Shown here: positions 1-9,459 of the stretch, piece by piece | Numbering within the stretch: position 1 is the stretch's first letter | How the letters are laid out: every line of letters begins with the position of its first letter | Source: an uncultured Gammaproteobacteria bacterium | Lineage (GTDB): Bacteria; Patescibacteriota; Patescibacteriia; UBA1558; 2-01-FULL-52-15 | NCBI GenBank assembly: GCA_964422585.1 | Contig: CAYRBH010000005.1 | Location: 3,401-67,400 of the forward strand | Direction of reading: 5' to 3' | Length of the DNA: 64,000 bases | Notes under the pieces: generated by a model | What the model saw: the letters and a program-made list of their open reading frames with translations, nothing else | Told to the model about the DNA's origin: nothing | Databases searched by the model: none | Translations under genes and position numbers: made by a program

Positions 1-514
1 TCGGCTATGTCGCGAAAATACGGAAGCTGTTCGCCGTTTTCAATAACTAAGGCTTTAAGTTGTTTCTGTATACAAAAGGGGCCTCGCGCGTACGCGGGCC
101 CCTATCCAAGATGGTCTCAGCTCGAAAGAGTCAGTGTCCGACCAGTTGCCTCATCAGGCTCATGGGTCTGACAGTTGGCGTCAGCTCGAACCGTTCGCTG
201 TGCGGACGAACGTTCGGCGCGGCATGGCGTCCGAGACCGCCGTCTTCTTCCGGAGCCGGGTCCAGATCTCCCCGGTACTCGGCTGCGCCTCGTTTGGGCG
301 CGGCGTTGACATTCTTGGTCTTCGCTTTTCTTTTTTTGTTGGTCAATGTGCCTTCTCCTTGTTGCGCCCCACACTATGTGGAACAAGGCATTACATCATA
401 GATTTGATATTCTGTCAATAAGAGTTTGAATATACAGCCTTGGCTGGTTGTTTAATAACTGGGTTTCCAGTAGGATTAGTGCTGTAAGAAACCTTTTTAA
501 TATACAGAGAACTA

Positions 515-1909
515 ATGGCAACTTTCGACACATTAGGTATTGCACCGAAATTCCTCGATATACTCAAAAATCTTCAATTTACGACCCCGACCCCGATCCA
601 GGAAAAGGCCATTCCTATAGCTATAGAGGGAAATGACATCATCGGCATTGCTCAGACTGGTACTGGTAAGACCATGGCTTTCGGCATTCCTATGATACAG
701 CGCCTGGCAAAGGTGGGCGGCAAAGGGTTGGTCGTACTCCCTACTCGTGAGCTCGCATTGCAGGTGGAGGAGGTGCTGCGCAAGATCGGCGGACCCCTTG
801 GGCTTCGCACGAGCGTTCTGATCGGTGGCGCGCCGATGGGAAAGCAGATGCAGGATCTGCGTAGGAATCCGCATATCGTCATAGCAACGCCCGGCAGACT
901 CCTGGATCACGCTGAACAGCGCTCGGTGAACCTAAGTGTCATGACTATCGTCGTGCTTGATGAAGCGGACCGCATGCTTGATATGGGCTTTGCTCCGCAG
1001 ATAAAGAAAATCCTGGCGGGACTCCCGAAGGAGCGTCATATGATGCTCTTTTCCGCAACCATGCCACAGGATATTGTGCAGATTGCGACTAAACATATGA
1101 AGCTGCCGCTTCGCGTCGAGATAGCTCCGACCGGTACTACTGCTGAACGTGTGGAGCAAGAGCTTTTCATGGTTCCGAAAGAGGATAAGCTCCGTTTGCT
1201 CGAGACCTTGCTTGGGCAGTATCATGGAACAGTACTGATCTTCTCACGGACGAAGCATGGCGCGAAGAAGATCTGTAGAGCAGTGACCGCTATGGGCCAT
1301 CCTGCGGCTGAATTGCATGCGAATAGATCGCTCGCGCAGCGCAAAGAAGCGCTGGGAGGCTTCAAAGCTGGGAAGTATCGTGTCATGGTAGCAACGGATA
1401 TTGCCGCGCGCGGGATCGATGTCGAAGGTATCGAGTTGGTTATCAATTTTGATATCCCCGATGATCCAGGAGACTATGTGCATCGCATAGGCCGGACTGC
1501 TCGAGCCGGGCGGGAGGGTAAAGCTATCACGTTCGTTGCGCCGGATCAGCGCGGCAAGCTGCGGGACATAGAGCGATTGACGCGGATGACTTTAAAAATT
1601 TCACAACCGCCGGTACTGGCTCCGCGTCGCATCCCTGAGCTCGCTACTCGCCCGCATCGTCCAGGGCGTCCGCATCAACCGAATCATCATGGATCTCCGG
1701 CATCGCCTTTCAAGTCCGTAGCGCCGACCCAACGAACGCGTCGTTTCCCTCGGAGAGGCTCTGAGCGTGTGCTGCGAGAAGAGCGGGTCGCTCGCTCAGA
1801 AGCTTCGCATGAATCGGTCGATGATCACTTCTTCAGCAGACCAAGACCCTCAAGACCCTATCGCGATCCGAAACGCGGACATCGAGGACGGGGGAGATCG
1901 TCAAGGTAG
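515..1909 (+). CDS. DEAD-box ATP-dependent RNA helicase with Arg-rich C-terminal tail
   Basis: Helicase motifs are present in order: AQTGTGKT (motif I), PTRELA (Ia), VLDEADRMLDMGF (DEAD, II), SAT (III), HRIGRTARAG (VI). The C-terminal ~100 aa is R/P/S-rich low-complexity sequence. Confidence 0.9.
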   Translation: MATFDTLGIAPKFLDILKNLQFTTPTPIQEKAIPIAIEGNDIIGIAQTGTGKTMAFGIPMIQRLAKVGGKGLVVLPTRELALQVEEVLRKIGGPLGLRTSVLIGGAPMGKQMQDLRRNPHIVIATPGRLLDHAEQRSVNLSVMTIVVLDEADRMLDMGFAPQIKKILAGLPKERHMMLFSATMPQDIVQIATKHMKLPLRVEIAPTGTTAERVEQELFMVPKEDKLRLLETLLGQYHGTVLIFSRTKHGAKKICRAVTAMGHPAAELHANRSLAQRKEALGGFKAGKYRVMVATDIAARGIDVEGIELVINFDIPDDPGDYVHRIGRTARAGREGKAITFVAPDQRGKLRDIERLTRMTLKISQPPVLAPRRIPELATRPHRPGRPHQPNHHGSPASPFKSVAPTQRTRRFPRRGSERVLREERVARSEASHESVDDHFFSRPRPSRPYRDPKRGHRGRGRSSR

Positions 1910-1918
1910 TATGGTTCT

Positions 1919-2563
1919 ATGAAAACCTTCATAGTCATTAATGGTTACGGAGTTCCTGTTGATATCATGACCGATCGCAGCTACCATAGCTATCTTGGTC
2001 AGGTTTTGAATTATCTATGGGACCATTATCGTTCCACATCGTTGACTATCATTACTGCCGGTGGCAATACCGATATGGTCAAGCCATATCGCAGAACTGA
2101 GGCAGGAGAGATGGCGAAGTGGTTAGCGCCTCGTATCAAAAGTCTGCATCGTTCGAAACAGTGGAAGATAAGAACAATCGTTTCAAGTCTTAATGCTCTG
2201 GATACTCTTCTGGCAGCACAGCGAATCGTCGGGGTCAATAAGCTTATCTATTGCTGTGAGAAAACGCGTGAACAGAAAAGTAACATGTTGGTGAAAAAGT
2301 TATTCGGCTCACGAGGCTCTGTGCTCGCCTTTGATTTTGACACTTCGAAACCGCGTTATGATACGGTGACACGAAAGGCTATGGAGCGGGAAGACATGCA
2401 GTATTGTCTCCGGGCATTGAAGGATCCGCAGTGGGCCGCCAAGTTGCGGGCCGCGAATAGAATGAAAATTGAGGTACTGCGTACAACATCTGCTGCTACG
2501 AGAGCGATCTCGATTGATACGATAACACGTCAGTTGCGTAAGGAATATCTGCGGAGAAAATAA
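1919..2563 (+). CDS. DUF218 (YdcF/SanA-like) domain protein, putative
   Basis: The order FIVINGYG ... IITAGGNTD ... EAGEMAKWL ... SSLNALDTL loosely fits the DUF218 pattern (GG-rich core, EA..M..yL, S.nT.eNa). Match recalled from memory, not searched. Confidence 0.4.
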   Translation: MKTFIVINGYGVPVDIMTDRSYHSYLGQVLNYLWDHYRSTSLTIITAGGNTDMVKPYRRTEAGEMAKWLAPRIKSLHRSKQWKIRTIVSSLNALDTLLAAQRIVGVNKLIYCCEKTREQKSNMLVKKLFGSRGSVLAFDFDTSKPRYDTVTRKAMEREDMQYCLRALKDPQWAAKLRAANRMKIEVLRTTSAATRAISIDTITRQLRKEYLRRK

Positions 2564-2606
2564 TCATTGTTATTTTGGGTAGGGCATAGTATAGTAAAGG
2601 TGTTCT

Positions 2607-3728
2607 ATGAACAAAGTGAACTGGAAGAACTTCAATTGGACCATCGGCGGATTCATCATCATCTACCAGAGTCTTTTTATACTCATAGTGCCGTTCTATC
2701 TGTACTTTTTTCCGCCGAAACTATCAATGCTGCTGTGGTCTTTGCTGCTGCTCGTCCTCACGGTATTCAGCATTGGGGTGTATCATCGGCACTATGCGCA
2801 TCGTGGCTATAAGCTCAGCAAATGGGTCGAGCCATTTTTCCTGTTCTTCGCGACAGCCGCCTTCCAAGGCAGTGCTATCTGGTGGTCGCATGATCATCGC
2901 AAGCATCATCATTTCGTTGATACCGATGGGGATCCTTATGCTATAAACAAGGGTTTTTGGCACGCGCATGTGCTGTGGCTATTGGAGCGACCCACGCCCA
3001 AAGAGGAAGAGCGCTATGTGCCAGATCTTCTGAAGAATAAGTTGCTCGTATTCCAAAACAAGTACTATCTACCGTTAGCGATTGGCACCAATGTTGTGCT
3101 GTGGCTCATTGGGGGCTTCCTGCTGCATGATTTTATCGGAGCATTCGTGTTGGCATGGTGGGGGAGGCTCTTCGTATCACATCATGTGACGTGGTTTATT
3201 AATTCGCTCGCGCATTATTGGGGCGAACGGACCTACTCGAAGGAGCACTCCGCGGTCGATAACTATATGATGGCATTCTTCACGGGCGGTGAAGGCTACC
3301 ATAACTACCATCACACATTTCCGGCTGACTATCGCAATGGGATTCGCTGGTATCATTTTGACCCGAATAAGTGGCTGGTCTGGACCTTGAGCAAGGTTGG
3401 TCTCGCGTCAGGGCTCCTGCGCTACCCTGAACATGCCATTCAGGAGCGTCTGCTGTTGGCAGATAAGGAATTATTTCTTGATAAACTTTCTAAGCGCGCT
3501 TATGCCAGCAAAGCTGAACTCGAGCAGCGCGTGCAGCAACTGGCCGCATCGATACAGGGGAAATTACATCGTATGCGGACGCTCGCCGATGAACGACGAG
3601 CCGCATTCAAAACAAAGCGCAAGGAGTTAGCTCGAGAATTGCGCGGCGTACGCAAGAGCATTCGCGCGGAATGGCGCCAATGGCATGAGATAGGACGGAC
3701 TATTGTCTATCCGCGCATTGTGCGGTAA
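2607..3728 (+). CDS. Membrane fatty-acid desaturase (stearoyl-CoA/acyl-lipid delta-9-type), with C-terminal coiled-coil extension
   Basis: Three His boxes HRHYAH, HDHRKHHH and HNYHHTF are in the canonical order and spacing within a polytopic N-terminal region. The extra ~90-aa K/R/E-rich C-terminal tail is not typical of the family. Confidence 0.85.
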   Translation: MNKVNWKNFNWTIGGFIIIYQSLFILIVPFYLYFFPPKLSMLLWSLLLLVLTVFSIGVYHRHYAHRGYKLSKWVEPFFLFFATAAFQGSAIWWSHDHRKHHHFVDTDGDPYAINKGFWHAHVLWLLERPTPKEEERYVPDLLKNKLLVFQNKYYLPLAIGTNVVLWLIGGFLLHDFIGAFVLAWWGRLFVSHHVTWFINSLAHYWGERTYSKEHSAVDNYMMAFFTGGEGYHNYHHTFPADYRNGIRWYHFDPNKWLVWTLSKVGLASGLLRYPEHAIQERLLLADKELFLDKLSKRAYASKAELEQRVQQLAASIQGKLHRMRTLADERRAAFKTKRKELARELRGVRKSIRAEWRQWHEIGRTIVYPRIVR

Positions 3729-3737
3729 GGTCTCCCT

Positions 3738-3944
3738 ATGGGATTACTACAAGATTTAGAGAGTGCCATCGGTTTTACTGGCTCTGATTCTGATAGCTAT
3801 CACGATTCAGGGCTTGCAGGCATCGGCCATGGTATAGCGCATGGTATACGGGATATCGCTCCAGCCGCGCTCGGCTTAGGTATTGTTGCCGCGGGATTCA
3901 AGATTATCACGAGCGGCCTTTCGGGCAGCAAGAAGAGGCGGTAA
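3738..3944 (+). CDS. Small Gly/His-rich hypothetical protein
   Basis: 68-aa ORF tightly packed between the desaturase and the prenyltransferase (10-bp gaps). GxxxG-rich with a basic C-terminus. No recognisable family. Confidence 0.25.
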   Translation: MGLLQDLESAIGFTGSDSDSYHDSGLAGIGHGIAHGIRDIAPAALGLGIVAAGFKIITSGLSGSKKRR

Positions 3945-3953
3945 TACGGAAGT

Positions 3954-5516
3954 ATGTTCGCCGGACTTCTGTCATCATTTCGTAAAGTAGTAGCGGCACT
4001 CGAGGATACTCGCGTGCCTTTTGTGTATAGTGTTTTGACTTTTTGCGGCTGTATTGCGCTGCGTACTTTTTTTGAAGTGCTGGTGACTCAGAACGATGTT
4101 ATCAAGCCGGTGATGTTCCTAGAGTATGTGATGCTCTATATAGTGCTCGCGCTTTGTATCATACTGCTCTTTAAGTTCGCCACGAAAAAATCAGCGGCTG
4201 TGCTGGCCCGCGTCGTACTGCCATTCTTCGCCATACTGCTGCTCGTGCCGCTCATTGATATACTTGCTGGCTGGAAGGGATATCCATTGATGTACTTAAT
4301 TCCAGAGATACATGGTCCGCTACTTCCACGCTTTTTCACTTTTTTTGGCAATGCGCCTGATGCTGGCGGTATTTCACTGGGCATGCGCATAGAGATGGCT
4401 CTCGCAATCATAGGCAGCGGGCTCTATTTCTATATAAGCACCTTGCAGAAAGCGCGGAGCATCATCTACGCGATAGCTGTCTATGTCATATTCTTCCTTC
4501 TGGCAGCGTCGCCGTATTGGATTGCGGCTATCTATCGCATCGCCGGTTTCTCGTATGATGGTATCAATCAGGTGTCAGATAGCATGTTCATTCGTTTCTT
4601 TTTGATCATCAGTGCCATAGTGACGGCAAGCATTGCCTATTTAGAGAATAAGCGTCTTTTTCACGTTCTGGTTAAGGATTTGCGGTTATTGCGCATAGCG
4701 CATTATGTGCTCATGATCCTTTTTGGCGTCATCCTTGGTATGCAGCGGGCATCGCATATATTCGGTATTGATCAGTTATTCGCGATGGTACTTATTCCAT
4801 TGGCCTTAGTATCGGCTGTTATCTTTTCGATTGTCATGAACAATACAGCTGATATTGAGATAGACCGCATAACGAATAGTGACCGTCCGTTAGTACAGAA
4901 TGAGGTAACCCTGCACACCTATCATGTTATCGGCTGGACCTTCTTCGTCCTGAGTCTCATATTCGCCGCCGCTGTATCTATGTACGCATTCTTTTTCATA
5001 GCGCTTTTCATCCTGGTCTATTTCCTGTATTCAATGCCGCCATTGCGATTGAAGCGCGTACCATTTTTTTCTAAAGTACTGATCGCGCTCAACACTCTGT
5101 TTATGACGATGCTCGGTTTCCTGAGTACGAGCAGGCTGACGATACTCGATTTCCCTTTTGGATTAGGATGCGGGATGGTCATCATGTATACATTCGCTGC
5201 CCAACTCATAGACCTGAAGGATTATGAGGGCGATAAGCGCGCCGGAATACAAACGCTCCCGGTTCTTCTGGGCCTGTCTACAGCTCGCCTGGTGATAGGG
5301 AGTATACTAGTGCTTGCTTATATGTCCGTCTACCTGCTGCTTCCAGATACTCTGCTGATTCTGCCTTTAGTAGTATTCGGCTGTCTACAGTTTCATTTTG
5401 TCATGAAGGTGCCTTATCATGAGAAGCCGATATTCGTGACCTATATCATAAGCCTCCTCATGCTATTGTTGTATTGCTGTACGATAGGAAGCGGTTTTGT
5501 ATCGGGTACTGCGTGA
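3954..5516 (+). CDS. UbiA-family prenyltransferase domain fused to an N-terminal polytopic membrane domain
   Basis: The C-terminal half carries the two Asp-rich UbiA motifs, NNTADIEIDRITNSDRP and DLKDYEGDKRAG, between hydrophobic helices. The N-terminal ~280 aa are additional transmembrane helices of unknown function. Confidence 0.65.
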   Translation: MFAGLLSSFRKVVAALEDTRVPFVYSVLTFCGCIALRTFFEVLVTQNDVIKPVMFLEYVMLYIVLALCIILLFKFATKKSAAVLARVVLPFFAILLLVPLIDILAGWKGYPLMYLIPEIHGPLLPRFFTFFGNAPDAGGISLGMRIEMALAIIGSGLYFYISTLQKARSIIYAIAVYVIFFLLAASPYWIAAIYRIAGFSYDGINQVSDSMFIRFFLIISAIVTASIAYLENKRLFHVLVKDLRLLRIAHYVLMILFGVILGMQRASHIFGIDQLFAMVLIPLALVSAVIFSIVMNNTADIEIDRITNSDRPLVQNEVTLHTYHVIGWTFFVLSLIFAAAVSMYAFFFIALFILVYFLYSMPPLRLKRVPFFSKVLIALNTLFMTMLGFLSTSRLTILDFPFGLGCGMVIMYTFAAQLIDLKDYEGDKRAGIQTLPVLLGLSTARLVIGSILVLAYMSVYLLLPDTLLILPLVVFGCLQFHFVMKVPYHEKPIFVTYIISLLMLLLYCCTIGSGFVSGTA

Positions 5517-5601
5517 AGGCATGCACGGGGAAGAGCAACCTTCGTTTACTGTTTCCGTGAAAGTAGGCTATACTGTAGTCATTCAGCATTAATAACATCC
5601 T

Positions 5602-7983
5602 ATGCGCCAAAAAGTATCTACCTATTTTTACGCTATCTTAGGCGTTTTGTTCGTTATAAGCTTTGGATATCTTTTCTTAACACAGCACCTCAACCCCACG
5701 ACGAATACGAATATCGAGCCGAATACGAACAGCAACGGATCACAGAATCCATCCACCACCACTGGTCCAGGCGCTTTGAAGCAATTCACGAGCTACGATG
5801 ATTTCAAGAAATTCATAACCGATAATTTGACCACGGCTGGCGTTGGTGGAGGGGTCGCGATGCATAGTCTTGCTTCGAATGCTGTCGGAGCAGCCCCTGC
5901 CGCGGCACCTGCTCCTGATACTGCGGGTACTGAGCAGAAAAGCCCTGATACCACCATTCCGGCCGGACCCGATTATTCCCAGACGAATATACAGGTCGCT
6001 GGGGTGGATGAAGCTGATATCATTAAGAGCGATGGAAGCTATTTCTATATCGTTTCAGGGAATAGTCTCGCTATCGTGCAGGCAACGCCTGCGGCCGACG
6101 CAAAGATCGTGAGTACGGTAGCGCTCACTGATTACCCGCAAGGCTTGTATATCAGCGACGATCATACGAAATTGGCAGTGTATGGTAGCCAAAATCAAGT
6201 GTACTATCCGATGGGAGCTGGTGCGAAAGTGATGGCTGGCGGCCCAGTGAGTACCATGATGCCTATTCGTGGCGGTTCGCAGCAGACGTTTTTCAAAGTC
6301 TACGATATTACCGATAAGACACAGCCGAAACTGATCAGGGATGTGAGTTTCGAGGGTTCGGCGACGGATTCTCGTATGGTCGGGAACTTCGTGTACTTTA
6401 TAACGCAGAAAAATGAATACAATTGGTTCGATGGTCCGTATCCGCTCCCGCGTATACTGGACAATGGGAAAGTTGTTGGTGGTGAGCCTGACTCAGCATC
6501 TTATCGTTTCCCGAGCGTCTATTATTTCCCCTTTCCCTATGACAGCTCGAATTTGACGACAGTCTCTGCCATCAATCTGATGGACGCGACCGCAGAGCTT
6601 ACTACTCAAAATTATGTGCTGGAGAACGGACAGCAGATCTACGTATCACCCGAAGATATCTATATAACGTATACGAAAAACCTCGACCAGCAGCAGATAG
6701 AGTATGACGCCATGAAGTCTGTCTATATGGATAAGCTGACTGCCGTCGAGAAGGGGGAAGTGCAGCAGATCGAAGCGGCACCGAACTATATTCTCAATAA
6801 GTATGAGCGCCAGCAAAAAGCGACCATCATATTCCAGAACCATCTGGCAGCATTACCAGAAGTGGAGCAGCAGAGTTTGGAGAAGATTTTCGAAGATACG
6901 GTCAAGCAGAAGTATCAAGAATTGGCTGATCAATTCGAGCAGACTAGCATCTATAGGATCGCTTTTAAGGATGGCGCCCTGACCTATCAGGGGACAGCGG
7001 ATGTGCCGGGAATGGTGATTAATCAGTTCGCGATGGATGAATCGAATGGTTATTTCAGGATCGCTACCACGAAGGATCCTGTGTGGATACCCTATACTGA
7101 TGGAGAGCAAACAGAGAAGCCATACAATAATCTCTATGTGTTAGGGCCTGATATGAAGCGTGTCGGTGCTGTGGAGCATCTAGCAGAGGGTGAGCAGATC
7201 TATTCGGTACGCTTCATGCAGAATAGAGCTTATATGGTCACCTTCAAGCAAGTCGACCCGCTCTTCGTGATAGACGTAGCGGACCCGACTGCTCCGAAGG
7301 TGCTCGGCACCCTCAATGTGCCTGGTTACTCAAGTTATTTGCATCCGCTTGATGAGAACACCTTGATAGGATTAGGCAAAGAAACTGAGACGAACCAGTT
7401 CGGCGCGGTGATACCTAAGGGTATCAAACTATCATTGTTCGACGTGACCGATGTAGCGAATCCGAAAGAGACCGCGAGCTATAGCTTCAATACGCAATCA
7501 TCCGATTCACCGGCTCTCTATGATCATAAAGCCTTCCTGTATTCAGGCACTAAGGACCTCCTTGTGATACCGCTGCAAGTCTGGTCAGCTGGATATGGTG
7601 CGCCGAAAGGACTCTCAGATAATTTCATGGGAGCTGCGGTATTCACGGTGACGAAAGACAGTATAGCCCTGAAAGGATTCGTGAAGCACGCGAGCGATGT
7701 GCAGAATGGTTACACCTATGATCAGTATGTGAAGCGGAGTATGTATATCGATGATGTTCTCTATACCCTTTCGGATGCGTATTTGAAGGCAAATAACCTT
7801 TCCGATTTGAAAGAGATCAAGAGCATCGCTTTGCCGGCACTCCAGCCAGTCCCTGTCCAAAACGAAACGAAGCCTTCGCAGGGAGGTGCAACTTCTGATG
7901 CTCCGCCCGCGCCTGCCAGCGTGCCGCCTGCGGCCGGTTCTGGTGGCAGCGCATCAGGCGCAGCAACATCGCCGACATATTAG
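5602..7983 (+). CDS. Secreted or membrane-anchored beta-propeller domain protein (COG4880-like), Pro/Ala-rich C-terminus
   Basis: An N-terminal hydrophobic anchor is followed by a T/N/P low-complexity linker. The long central region has repeated beta-strand-like blocks resembling the archaeal/CPR 'beta-propeller domain' family, and the tail is PAPASVPPAAGSGG-rich. Confidence 0.5.
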   Translation: MRQKVSTYFYAILGVLFVISFGYLFLTQHLNPTTNTNIEPNTNSNGSQNPSTTTGPGALKQFTSYDDFKKFITDNLTTAGVGGGVAMHSLASNAVGAAPAAAPAPDTAGTEQKSPDTTIPAGPDYSQTNIQVAGVDEADIIKSDGSYFYIVSGNSLAIVQATPAADAKIVSTVALTDYPQGLYISDDHTKLAVYGSQNQVYYPMGAGAKVMAGGPVSTMMPIRGGSQQTFFKVYDITDKTQPKLIRDVSFEGSATDSRMVGNFVYFITQKNEYNWFDGPYPLPRILDNGKVVGGEPDSASYRFPSVYYFPFPYDSSNLTTVSAINLMDATAELTTQNYVLENGQQIYVSPEDIYITYTKNLDQQQIEYDAMKSVYMDKLTAVEKGEVQQIEAAPNYILNKYERQQKATIIFQNHLAALPEVEQQSLEKIFEDTVKQKYQELADQFEQTSIYRIAFKDGALTYQGTADVPGMVINQFAMDESNGYFRIATTKDPVWIPYTDGEQTEKPYNNLYVLGPDMKRVGAVEHLAEGEQIYSVRFMQNRAYMVTFKQVDPLFVIDVADPTAPKVLGTLNVPGYSSYLHPLDENTLIGLGKETETNQFGAVIPKGIKLSLFDVTDVANPKETASYSFNTQSSDSPALYDHKAFLYSGTKDLLVIPLQVWSAGYGAPKGLSDNFMGAAVFTVTKDSIALKGFVKHASDVQNGYTYDQYVKRSMYIDDVLYTLSDAYLKANNLSDLKEIKSIALPALQPVPVQNETKPSQGGATSDAPPAPASVPPAAGSGGSASGAATSPTY

Positions 7984-8073
7984 CTGTTCAGAGAGTACCA
8001 GTTACAATAGCGTAGCCCTCCGTCGCTCTCCCGAATATCGGGAGTTGAACGGAGGGCTGTGCGTTGCCCGGCC

Positions 8074-8373
8074 TCAGGGAGAACCGGGGAAGTAGTGTTT
8101 GAGAGTGAGGAACGCCGCGATGACGATGATGAAAGCCAGCAGCAGGATCAGCCTGCCTGTGCCTGAAAGCCGATCTTCGTCGGTGTCCGCTCGCTCGCGC
8201 TCCCTTGCGAGAGCCTTTTCTTCTTCCAAGTCACTTGCGAGTCCCATCTCGTCCCCTGGAGCAAGCTCTTCGTCAGGAGAGCTTAACTCGCCTCTGCGGT
8301 GGAGCTCTAGTCGCTCAGACTTAGTGAGTAAGCTCATAGCCCCCTCTCTGGAATTGAAGAACGTTACGGTCAT
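8074..8373 (-). CDS. Hypothetical acidic protein with C-terminal transmembrane anchor
   Basis: 99-aa ORF with an E/D/R-rich coiled-coil-like N-terminus and a C-terminal LILLLAFIIVIAAFL helix. No homolog recognised. Confidence 0.3.
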   Translation of the reverse strand: MTVTFFNSREGAMSLLTKSERLELHRRGELSSPDEELAPGDEMGLASDLEEEKALARERERADTDEDRLSGTGRLILLLAFIIVIAAFLTLKHYFPGSP

Positions 8374-8682
8374 AGAAACATACTAGTATGCTCTTTTGCA
8401 AGTATTTGTCAATCCCGCGGGGGCATTTTCTACCTGGCGGAGTAGTTCGAGTATGCGTAGAACCTCGCCGTACAGCTTGGGGCGAGGTCCCTAATGCTTC
8501 TTGAGCAGGTAGCTGACTACAGTAATCTCTACCACTTTGATAGCGACCAACAGGATAATCGCCTTCCAAGTCAGGGACAAGAATCGCTGCAGGACATAGA
8601 CTGCTGCTCTTTTTAACATGATGCACCTCGAAAGAACGTTGGTCATCAAAGAATAAGACATCTATGTCATCATGTCGAGTAT

Positions 8683-8710
8683 TGCATTCTTATACAAAGA
8701 CAGGTAGTAT
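8683..8710 (+). promoter_or_regulatory. Candidate sigma70-like promoter for tRNA-Pro (TTGCAT-16 nt-TAGTAT)
   Basis: Hexamers TTGCAT (8683-8688) and TAGTAT (8705-8710) lie about 50 nt upstream of the tRNA 5' end. Pattern only. Confidence 0.25.
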
Positions 8711-8762
8711 GGTGTCTATGCTTTTCGTGGATCGAATGAAAAGCGATCCGGAACATATATCA

Positions 8763-8839
8763 CGGGGTGTGGCGCAGTTGGCTAGCGCGCAGCGTTCGGG
8801 ACGCTGAGGTCGCCCGTTCGAGTCGGGTCACCCCGACCA
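8763..8839 (+). tRNA. tRNA-Pro (anticodon CGG)
   Basis: Cloverleaf folded by hand: acceptor CGGGGTG/CACCCCG, D-stem GCGC/GCGC, anticodon stem CAGCG/CGCTG with loop TTCGGGA (CGG), T-stem GCCCG/CGGGT with loop TTCGAGT, discriminator A, encoded CCA. Confidence 0.85.
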
Positions 8840-8889
8840 TTCTTCGCTCCGGGAGAGCTTCGAATGGTAGTAGTATTACTTTTTGAATA

Positions 8890-9450
8890 ATGACAAAGAA
8901 AAAATCGGCACAGATCACTTTTTTAAAATCAGCACTCACTGACCACATGGTCGGGGCATGGTTCCGCAGTTCGCGGTTTGTCATCAATAAAATTTTGAAG
9001 CAACTGAAGCCAAGTTATCGCTACATTGTTGAATATGGAGCTGGCGATGGCGTCATAACCCAGGAGCTGTTGAAACGGCTTCCACGCGACGCCAAAGTGA
9101 TAGCCCTTGAGATAAATAAACTATTACTCGAGGAACTTCGTACCATCAAGGATTCCCGACTGGTGGTGCTGGATGCTAGTGTGGTCGATATGTCGAAGGA
9201 TTTCTCTAAATTCGGCTTGCCACGGATAGACGCTGTCATATCAGGCATACCTTTTACTTTTTTTTCAGCCACTGTTCGTAAGGAGATTATGCAGAATACC
9301 CATGATGGTCTTGTACCAGGCGGACGCTTCATTGTGTATCAGTATTCTCTGCTCATGTATGCGCATCTGAAGAAAGCATTTCCGAAACGACATTTCGTCT
9401 ATGAGCCGAGAAATGTATTGCCCTACTTTATTATGGTAGGGGAGAAGTAA
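8890..9450 (+). CDS. Class I SAM-dependent methyltransferase (KsgA/Erm-like fold, small)
   Basis: Motif I is VEYGAGDGVIT, followed by an acidic post-I residue (ALE) and LDASVVD. The size and motif order fit small rRNA adenine methyltransferase-like enzymes. Confidence 0.55.
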   Translation: MTKKKSAQITFLKSALTDHMVGAWFRSSRFVINKILKQLKPSYRYIVEYGAGDGVITQELLKRLPRDAKVIALEINKLLLEELRTIKDSRLVVLDASVVDMSKDFSKFGLPRIDAVISGIPFTFFSATVRKEIMQNTHDGLVPGGRFIVYQYSLLMYAHLKKAFPKRHFVYEPRNVLPYFIMVGEK

Positions 9451-9459
9451 AGCATCGCC

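Noticed and set aside
60-421. Four long overlapping ORFs on both strands (60..401+, 134..421+, 117..386-, 131..346-)
   Set aside because: They fall in a high-GC block where stop codons are rare. They are mutually exclusive, Arg/Pro/Ser-rich low complexity, with no recognisable family. Treated as compositional artefacts.
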